A stretch of 64,000 nt of DNA from Macrostomum lignano (Eukaryota): positions 186,001-250,000 of the forward strand of contig NIVC01000363.1 of the NCBI GenBank assembly GCA_002269645.1. Direction: 5' to 3'. The position numbers and the translations under genes were made by a program. Positions within the stretch are counted from its first letter, which is position 1, and each line of letters opens with the position of its first letter. Of this stretch, positions 44,002 through 64,000 are shown piece after piece. A model generated the notes under the pieces. It was given only the letters and a program-made list of their open reading frames with translations, did not search any database and was not told the DNA's origin.

Positions 44002-44386
44002 TGGTCAGTCAGTTGTCCAGCCGTTATCGTTCAAGTTGCATTGAATCTACCAAGTTCTTGGAATCACTTTATTTAGTGTTAGAGTGAGAAAATAAGTAAA
44101 AGCTGTTTTTTCGTGTATTCAGCTGGTCGTGGGGCGAACTCAAAGGTGACAACATCACTGTATCGGGAGGTAACAAAAAATATTACTTTAAATACGTGTA
44201 TACAGTGCTCAAAAAGTTTTTTAAACAGGGCTCAAACAGCAAGAATGTTGCTTTTCTTCTAAAAACACGTAAAAATGTTTCATTGTGAATAAAAATTTAC
44301 TATCACTAATGCTGGCATAACAATAACGAAAATCAGTCTATTCCGCAATAGTAATTGCTTAAAATACGTTAACTCTAGATTTTTTC

Positions 44387-45295
44387 TTAGCACAGTCTCT
44401 GCAGCAGAGCAACTTCCGAGTCCCTCAGAGCTCTCTCTGAAACTCCGAAGCATCTCATGAAGCCCTCGAAGACGCGGTTGTGACCGGCATTGCGGCTGAC
44501 GGCTCCGATCTGCACGCTGCTGCCGAAGTTCGCGCACGAGGTCAAAGCGGCGGCCGATCCGCTGGTGGCCTGTCGAGTTCCGTTGACGAGGATCCTGATT
44601 TCCGGTGTCTGCTTGTCGTACACCGCGCGATGTGGGTCCAACCGCTGGCCGTGTCGGTGGGTCCAGACACTGAGACCTTCGATACAACGGTGAACTCGAT
44701 GTTGGTAGCTGTAGGATAAAGCCAAAATCGAGTGTGGTATGAAGAAGGCATTGTGAGGCCCTCCAGCAGAGGCATCGAACCCCTTGACGCATTGGTGACC
44801 TTGACCCACACTGACATGGTGAGGCTGGTGAGACACACCGAAGTCAGCTCGTCAATGTTGAACCGCTCTGGCACATCCGACTGACCAGTGAAGTTGACGG
44901 CGCTGTCCGTGTACTGCATCGGGATGTTCTCCTGCAGGTCGAGATGGCCGCTGTTCGGGACCGCATTGCGAGTCCGAGTGGCGTTGCTCATGGGCCAGAA
45001 GGCGACGAAGCCGAGCTCTCTCAAACGACTCCACATCTTGCAGCTAGCATTGTTCGTCCAGACCGTATGGACACTGTCCGACACGTTGCACCTGCCGTGT
45101 CGGTAGCTCCATCCGATGCAGGAGCTCCGACTTGAGCAGAGAGAGGCACAGAAACAAAGCGCTGGATGCCTTGAGCTGTTGGCTTTCTTCGACCATGAGA
45201 CAGCCACCGTTGGTTACAGAGAACTTCTGCTGCTTATTGGCTAGTGCAGTCAAAGAAAAAAAAGTAGTAAATACACCAGGAGCGGCAGTTTTATT
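44387..45295 (-). pseudogene. PAN/LamG-like copy C, with frameshifts at about 45157 (+1) and 44628 (-1) and no clear ATG
   Basis: Three overlapping ORFs (45044-45253, 44542-45207, 44387-44836) stitch into a full-length paralog. The lesions could be sequencing errors rather than real. Confidence 0.7.
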
Positions 45296-45621
45296 GCGCT
45301 GCAGTAATATTTTTTATTATTCTGACAATATTTGGATCTCTTCTCTTTAGGCAAGCATACGAGGGTATTTAAATAATCTTCATGTCTGAAAAATTGATCT
45401 GAAACTCGATTGTCACTTGAATTGAATTATCTCATGCATCATCATTGGCTTCACAATTTTGGTAGCAAATAGCAGAAGTTTGAGATGTCTAGTAGAGTCA
45501 TGGCAACCTCCTGCTCAACTTTCGAGCACACGCCCCAAACGAATGACAACGGGTGACAACAAAGACAAGGGAACATAGAGGGAGGGTATACTTTCGTGTA
45601 GTTTCTAGGAACTGTTAGGGC

Positions 45622-46085
45622 TGTCTGCTGAGGGGCTGCTGAGGGGGTCTGCTGAAGGGGTCTGCTGAGGGGGTCTGCTGAGGGGGTCTGCTGAGGGGGT
45701 CTGCTGAGGGGGTCTGCTGAGGGGTCTGCTGAGGGGGTCTGCTGAGGGGGTCTGCTGAGGGGTCTGCTGAGGGGGTCTGCTGAGGGGGTCTGCTGAGGGG
45801 TCTGCTGAGGGGTCTGCTGAGGGGGTCTGCTGAGGGGGTCTGCTGAGGGGTCTGCTGAGGGGGTCTGCTGAGGGGGTCTGCTGAGGGGGTCTGCTGAATG
45901 GGGTCTGCTGAGGGTGTCTGCTGAGGGGGTCTGCTGAGGGGGTCTGCTGAATGGGGTCTGCTGAGGGGGTCTGCTGAGGGGGTCTGCTAAGGGAGTCTGC
46001 TGAGGTGGTCTGCTGAGGGTGTTTGCTGAGGGGGTCTGCTGAGGGGGTCTGTTGAGGGGGTCTGCTGAGGGGCTCTGCTGAGGGT
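45622..46085. repeat. 12-13-bp minisatellite (TCTGCTGAGGGGG)n
   Basis: Periodicity is visible directly, with a variable G-run. Confidence 0.93.
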
Positions 46086-46873
46086 TCGGACCCTCGTGGT
46101 AGGACTGATTCTGCACTCGGGTTGAGGTGGGAACTTCAGGCGGATCTAAACGGGTTTTGAACGTCTCTTAACTACAAACAACTCTTTTAGCTACAAAATA
46201 ATTGCCGAATCCTAAGTGCTGCCTTTGCCTTTGTCATTCAGCAATATGAATGACTAATTGCTTTCATGCCTGGGAACCAAATATTCACAAATTGACACTT
46301 AGGAAACAATAGCTGTTTCTCAAAATCTGCTTGACTGACTGTTTGAACTGATTTTTTTTAGTTGTCTGTCAATCTAGAAAATTTATGTTTTTCCTAGACC
46401 CAATGTCAAACACGGAGAAACTTTGTATTTACAAACACTTGACATGCCTACACTCAACAATATTCAGTTGGGTTGTCAGCAAATGCGTTGGTGGGAATAC
46501 TTTGGAAGCATTACAGATGGACTTTTTCGAGTGTCAATCCTGTAAATTAATTTCATACGATTTAAGCGGCTGTTTTTATGCAAAAGGGAAATCCTCGAAA
46601 ACACGCCGCAATAGCAGGATTGGAATCCTACGATTTATACTTCGATCTAGCTGTGCCTAATAGGAGGTCACAGTATTCACTGTAGATGATATAGTCCATA
46701 GTCACCTGGCGCCATCTGTTGAAGGTACCGACGGTCAAGCCTACGGCCGGCCAACCTTGTTCAAGCCTACTTCTGTACTTCAGTTACTTTGTGTCTAGCG
46801 TGAATCTCAACATTGAAATAATTTGGGAGTTTTTTTCGAATACTCTAAAAAGTAGTTCCTCCTTGAGTTGCGT

Positions 46874-47420
<547 letters not shown>

Positions 47421-48241
47421 GATGTCGTCGTTGTTACTGTTTTCGTTGTTGTTGCTGTCAATCTGCTTGGCCAGACCTGCTAGTGCGCACCTCCGTACCG
47501 CAGCCGATCTTCAAAGCAAGGCAGCCAGTTCGATGCAGGCATTGCATTTACCAAAGTTACGCGTGATGAAATTCGATGCTGACAAAGTGCACCTCTAATG
47601 TTTTATGGCTGTGCTGAAAATGTATCTACATGATGCGAAATACGCCGTCAACCAAGTGAAGCGGAGATCGATCTTGAAACTCAACCAGACGAAGCTGTTC
47701 CCCCGAAAAACCGAAGGTATTTTTTATACAACTGCCACTCCAAAATAATTTCTTCTTTTTTAATCAAGCAATCTCTCAGTGGTTCTTTCTTATTCCCATC
47801 ACTTCCACAGTTTGCTTCTGTTCTCTGACTAATAGTAGCAATATGCAAGATATTTTGGAAAAAAGTAAATCTGATGAATTACAATCAATTTTACACAGGC
47901 ATCTAGAATGCAGGCCTGAACAACTTTCCAGTACAAGCACCGACATGCAATAAAGTTCCAGCGAAATTAATAACGTTAAAGAAAAATTCACTACGATTAA
48001 ATAGAAAAGCTTCCTATCTGCTTGAAACGGTGAAAAAGGTCAAGGTCACTTAAACCAGCGGTAAAAACTAAACAAAAATGGAACTTGAAGGTGATTGGCT
48101 GCAGAGATGCAATTTTGGCAAAGTAGATAGAGCGACGACAAATTTTCAGTACCTTGCAAAAGTCTTATACAGCAAAGCGCCGAGAAACGAGACAGAATTT
48201 TTCGCCAATCTTTCATTCATTGTCTAAGTCAGCACTAGGAA

Positions 48242-49164
48242 ATGTGCAGCAACTGCTCTCCTTTTCTGTTTCTTCTTTTCTTTCTGCCCGCCATTGCCCA
48301 AGCCGGCAGCGAGCTGCACAGCAGCATCTCTCTCGGCGGCTGCGTGGTGCCGCAGACTCCGCAGCACTCCCTGACGGCCTCGAGCGCCCGCATGTGCGCC
48401 TTCCTGTGCTCGCAGCTCCGTCGTCCCTGCATCGCCTGGAGCCACCGCGCAGGCGTCTGCAAACATGTCGGACAGCCTCCAGACGCCAGTCTGACGAACG
48501 GCACCGACTGCCAGTCGTGGAGCGCCCTGCGCCAGCTCGGCCTCGTCGCCTTCTGGCCCATGAGCAACGCCACTCGGACTCGCAATGCGGTCCGAACAGC
48601 GGCCATCTCGACCTGCAGGAGAACATCCCGATGCAGTACACGGACAGCGCCGTCAACTTCACTGGTCAGTCGGGTGTGTCAGAGAGGTTCAACATTGACC
48701 AGCTGACTTCGGTGTGTCTCACCAGCCTCACCTTATCAGTGAGGGTCAAGGTCACCAATGCGTCAAGGGGTTCGATGCCTCTGCTGGAGGGCCTCACAAT
48801 GCCTTCTTCATACCACACTCGATTTTGGCTTTATCCTACAACTACCGACATCGAGCTCACCGTTGCATCGAAGGTCCGAGTGTCCGGACCCACCGACACG
48901 GCCAGCGGTTGGACCCACATTGCCGCTGTGTACGACAAGCAGACACCGGAAATCAGGATCCTCGTCAACGGAACTCGACAGGCCACTAGCGGCTCGGCCA
49001 CCGCTTTGACCTCGTGCGCGGACTTCGGCAGCAACGTGCAGATCGGAGCTGTCAGCCGCAGTGTCAGCCACAACCGCGTCTTAGAGGGCTTCATGAGATG
49101 CTTCGGAGTGTCAGAGAGAGCTCTGAGCGACTCTGAAGTTGCTCTGCTGCAGGGGCTGTGCTGA
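48242..49164 (+). pseudogene. PAN/LamG-like copy D, with indels at about 48461 (+1), 48484 (-1) and 48592 (-1)
   Basis: ORF 48242-48706 gives the signal peptide and N-module; ORF 48154-49164 gives the C-module. Indels were located by comparison with copies B and E and may be sequencing errors. Confidence 0.72.
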
Positions 49165-49389
49165 AATTAAGCTGGAGCTGTCAACGATTAGAACAGGAAG
49201 CGTTCATCTGGACCTGTTTGAGAAATTGTGGTTTTGTACTGCCTCTTATAGTGTTTACTCCTTAATTCAGTGAGTATCATGGGGAATAAAAGAGATCATA
49301 TTTCGATATCATTATATTCATTTTGTAAAAAAAAATTTTCCTAATGTTCAGCTTTATATAGAACATACAATATTCTACTTCACCTTGAA

Positions 49390-50060
<671 letters not shown>

Positions 50061-52053
50061 ACTAAATTTTAACGATGTTTTTAGCCTCTTGAGCTTGTCA
50101 AATCCATTTCGTATCAGTTATAATTGCCTTTTCTGGGTAAAAAACATACATACACTATAACCTTTTGCATACGAGCATTATTTTTTTTCAAATCGGAACA
50201 TTCTTATCCCTGCGATTGTTCAATTGTGAGTATCTATGTTCTATGCGAGAAAGTTTGTCGTTAAATTTCAAGAATATACTCATTATTCTAGCCCTACGCG
50301 GATGTCAACAGGCCGATTTAATGGAAAGTTTGGTCTTTATGTGAAGCATACCTTTGTTTCACTTTCTAATTGAGTAACTAAGAAAAGTTAAGTGCATAAC
50401 ATCCTGCTTCTTATAGAACTTCAGTTTGCAAGAGGCACAGGAAAGTACGTGCTAGAGTCTGTTGCTTGGTGAGTACACGGACACACGAACACGAGGAAGC
50501 ATATTGGAAAAGAGCACTTTGAAGGAAAGCTCTGAAGGAAGGGTTTATAAAGACTTTAAGAGAAAATCAGTAAAACTAGCTTCAATCTATAACTTTGCCT
50601 CAATTTAAGATGCGACGCGCGACTAAAATCATCAGTCAGGAGGCTGAAAAGACATAATTGACCATGGAGAAAAGCCCATGGAATAGAAAGAATTCAGTGG
50701 TTGCAATAGAAATTTTTAGGTGTAGAATAAGACTGTATAGAAAAGTACACAGCAAATCGCCAAACCGGCAATCCTAGACACAGAGCCAGTTTCATAGGGC
50801 TTCATTCCGCTTCTGAATAGGTAGAACCTGAGACATTGTTAAATTGGCTTTGCCAAAGAGAATAACAGCTTAGAATTCCTAAACACGAGAGCGCGTTGTA
50901 GCTCGTAGTCAAGGCGCCTCTACTCGCCTTTGTTTGAACTGCCTGGAAACGCAATCCAACAAAAAGCTTCCAACTTAATTGGCAATGCAGGCGCAGCGGT
51001 ATGGATGGAGAGGTTCTCATCTTGAATTATTGATTCCCAGGTGCAACGCGTGGGCTGCTATTTTGGCTTATTAGGGACAGCCAGTGAATTCCCGTAAGCA
51101 TTTTTTGAAGAATTCCAATTAAAAAGGCACAGCTATAGTCCCACAACTTTGTTAAGAGTTTAGGCAAGTGAATGAATGGCATTTCTATGCAATTAGAAAG
51201 TCAGCTAGCATTTTTGTGTGTTTGAAATCGCTATATAGCTAAGAGACAATTTAAGTAGAAAGTAGAAAATTACGATTATGCCTTACATGCTATACTCAAA
51301 ACAAATATGATCACACGAAACCAAACTGATTGTTAATTTGATGCTATCTTGGATTTTTGTATCATAAGCGTGAGTCATGACACGTCGCAACCATCAATTT
51401 TGGCACCCTGAAGTTTGATTCCTGATACCATGGGCACCAGCTGGTTTTCCAAGCTGAATACCATTCAGTTCAAGCTTTAAGTTTCATTTAAAGCATCAAT
51501 CATTCTATAATTACGAGTATCGGGATTCTTGCGACTTAAAGACTTCTAACAATCGTCAGATTTAAGCAGTCTGTAAACATGGAGTCTGCAAACTTCTGCA
51601 ACATAACGATACAAATTCGACCTAACTGCAATACAATAAAAGACTGCACTATATTTTTCATAAAAATAGTTTTTTAAAAGCTGATATCATCGAAAAGCAG
51701 CGCTTTACCTACTGAAAACATTCATTTTTCAAACTTGTCAGTCTGCGGATTGACGTTCAAAAATTGCGACAGACACAATGGATTACTTTTAGCTGTCTGG
51801 ATGTGAAAAAACGCAGCATGCAAAGAAAAAATGAACGGATGCTGGATATGCTGTAGTCGAAGACAATGGATCCAGAAGTGAGTCACTTACTCCTAGACCC
51901 AGCAGCCATTCTGTCATTTACCGAAATAGCTAGTCAAACCGCTCAACTAAAGTCAATGCAAGCAGAAATCGATTTTTCTGTTTAAAAGCAGCTGCATCAG
52001 AAAGAAAGCTTCAAAAACATATCTGAGTTTTCTGATTGCAAGACAGCTGGAAA

Positions 52054-52986
52054 ATGCATTGCAAATCGAACATTTTCGCGCTTTGTGCTCTGTCGCTGGC
52101 ACAGCTGGCGCTCTCGGCCCAGTACGAAACCTCGACAGGCGGCTGCGTGGTGCCGCAGACTCCGCAGCACTCGCTGGTGGCCTCGAGCGCCCGCATGTGC
52201 GCCTTCCTGTGCTCTCAGAAGCTCCGTCGTCCCTGCATCGCCTGGAGCCGGCGCGCAGGCGTCTGCAACATGTCGGACAGCCTCCAGACCGCCAGTCTGA
52301 CGAACGACACCGACTGCCAGGCGTGGAGCGCCCTGCGCCAGCTCGGCCTCGTCGCCTTCTGGCCCATGAGCAACGCCACTCGGACTCGCAATGCGGTCTC
52401 GAACAGCGGCCATCTCGACCTGCAGGAGAACATCCCGATGCAGTACACGGACAGCGCCGTCAACTTCACTGGTCAGTCGGGTGTGTCAGAGCGGTTCAAC
52501 ATTGACGAGCTGACTTCGGTGTGTCTCACCAGCCTTACAATGTCCGTGTGGGTCAAGGTCACTAACCCAGCGAGAGGTGCGATGCCTCTGCTGGAGGGCC
52601 TCACAATGCCTTTTTCATACCACACTCGATTGTGGCTTTATCCTACAACTACCAACATCAAGTTCACCGTTGTATCGAAGGTCTCAGTGTCTGGACCCAC
52701 CGACACGGCCAGCGGTTGGACCCATATCGCCGCGGTGTACGACAGGCAGACTCCGGAAGTCAGGATCCTCGTCAACGGAACTCGACAGGCCACCAGCGGC
52801 TCGGCCACCAGCGGCTCGGCCACCGCTTTGACCTCGTGCGCGAACTTCGGCAGCAGAGTGCAGATCGGAGCCATCAGCCGCAGTTCCGGTCACAACCGCG
52901 TCTTCGAGGGCTTCATGAGATGCTTCGGAGTGTCAGAGAGAGCTCTGAGCGACTCTGAAGTTGCTCTGCTGCAGGGACTGTGCTGA
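52054..52986 (+). CDS. Secreted PAN/apple-like + LamG/pentraxin-like protein, copy E, intact, about 310 aa
   Basis: ATG at 52054, signal peptide MHCKSNIFALCALSLAQLALSA, same architecture as the other copies, and a 15-bp tandem duplication giving SGSATSGSAT. Confidence 0.82.
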   Translation: MHCKSNIFALCALSLAQLALSAQYETSTGGCVVPQTPQHSLVASSARMCAFLCSQKLRRPCIAWSRRAGVCNMSDSLQTASLTNDTDCQAWSALRQLGLVAFWPMSNATRTRNAVSNSGHLDLQENIPMQYTDSAVNFTGQSGVSERFNIDELTSVCLTSLTMSVWVKVTNPARGAMPLLEGLTMPFSYHTRLWLYPTTTNIKFTVVSKVSVSGPTDTASGWTHIAAVYDRQTPEVRILVNGTRQATSGSATSGSATALTSCANFGSRVQIGAISRSSGHNRVFEGFMRCFGVSERALSDSEVALLQGLC

Positions 52987-54209
52987 GAGCAGTTTTAGGA
53001 ATCGAAGCAAAAGTTCTAATGAAACTATTTCACTTTAATCAATCGTCTTTTCTGTAATCTTGAAAGTTACGAGTATTTATGGTAGTTGTCTGCAGGTCGT
53101 CGGCTCTTATCTATATTAATATTTTCTATATTACATATACAATTAACTGTTCATGTAATTTTAAACTTACTAATCTAAAATTTGTTCAGAGACACTTTAA
53201 AACTGTCGGTCTATTTTTTGTTCCGAACTATAAGACATGTACCTGGGTGTTGTGTTAACATAACGTTATTGGTTAATCATACTTTTTACTATACTCTCTC
53301 ACTATTTACTTTACCAGCTGCATTTACGAAGCGGCCCAATTGACAATATTGAGCAAATATATCCTGCAAACGTCAATATGACCTACGAGTATTAACATCG
53401 AAAAAGATGGTATACGAACCAAAAATGTTGTTAGCTTTGAGATTGCACAGGTTACCGCCTGTCTGATAAAAATGAAAGAATCTGAAAATTATGGCATTTT
53501 AATAGAGTTCGGAACCTTTGGCACTACAAGAGGGATTTACATTTTACGAGCGTAGGCAGGTGTACAGTACGTTTAAAATCTCGCGAAATCAAAAGCTCAT
53601 CCATTACTCAAATTTTGAGTTGCCTCGTGGATCCCCCCTGTCGCATATGTAATTCTTCCTTCACTATTTCAGTGTACACAGCACTTGAGCTCACGAAGAT
53701 TTAATAAATAGCTATTTCCTGGCAAAATTTGTACAATTTCCAGTTCTCACACTGGTGCGGAAACCAGTACTTCATAGTTTTTGCTTGCTATCTAAAATAG
53801 TCGAATTGGGCGAGTGAAGAAAGGCAAAGGCGGCACGCCACCACCAGTTGACGCTAAATAGGGGAGAGTCCTAATTTCTCAATGTACATTTTAGCCTACA
53901 ATGTACAGTGTGGGGCGTGGGGTGGCTGTCTTATTCACTGCGCGTCACTTCTCAGTAGGGGTGCTGGACTGCTGGGGGGCTTCTTTATCAGTTCTTGGTC
54001 AGTTGATTCCACGCGCTTCGCATAGGCCTTAAAACTTTTAAAACTCAACCAGACAGCAGAGATCAAGATCGTCCTGACGTCTTACTTAACGCATTCCTGC
54101 CACACTGACTATAGAATATAACAAAACAATAAGTGTCGCCGGCAAGCCGTCCATCACAAATAGGATTTTGGTGTTTTAATGGTACTTGTTCAGGGCATTG
54201 TCTACAACC

Positions 54210-64000
<9,791 letters not shown>

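Overview
This is eukaryotic (invertebrate animal) genomic DNA with GC-rich exons, GT-AG introns and many minisatellites. The style suggests a free-living flatworm such as Macrostomum, which is inference only. Contents in order: (1) last two exons of a calmodulin-like gene (+). (2) A complete 22-exon LOXHD1-like gene (-, 33247..2549, about 2880 aa, 17 PLAT domains). All splice phases close except one junction, which needs a single extra base. One PLAT domain carries a ~395-aa disordered RRxS-rich insert. (3) An antisense neuropeptide precursor nested in intron 10 of that gene, encoding 16 copies of AGLLHF-amide with its own promoter-like motifs. (4) A single-exon C3HC4 RING gene (-). (5) Five intronless secreted PAN/apple-like + LamG/pentraxin-like genes whose N- and C-terminal modules are shuffled around a near-identical ~180-bp core. 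(6) A 12-exon MATE/SLC47 transporter (+) running off the window. Also present: two clear tRNA-derived SINE families (one with a MIR-like CORE), LINE fragments and intron-specific minisatellites. Several 1-nt frameshifts may be sequencing or assembly errors. All exon models and alignments were made by eye; no database searches were run.
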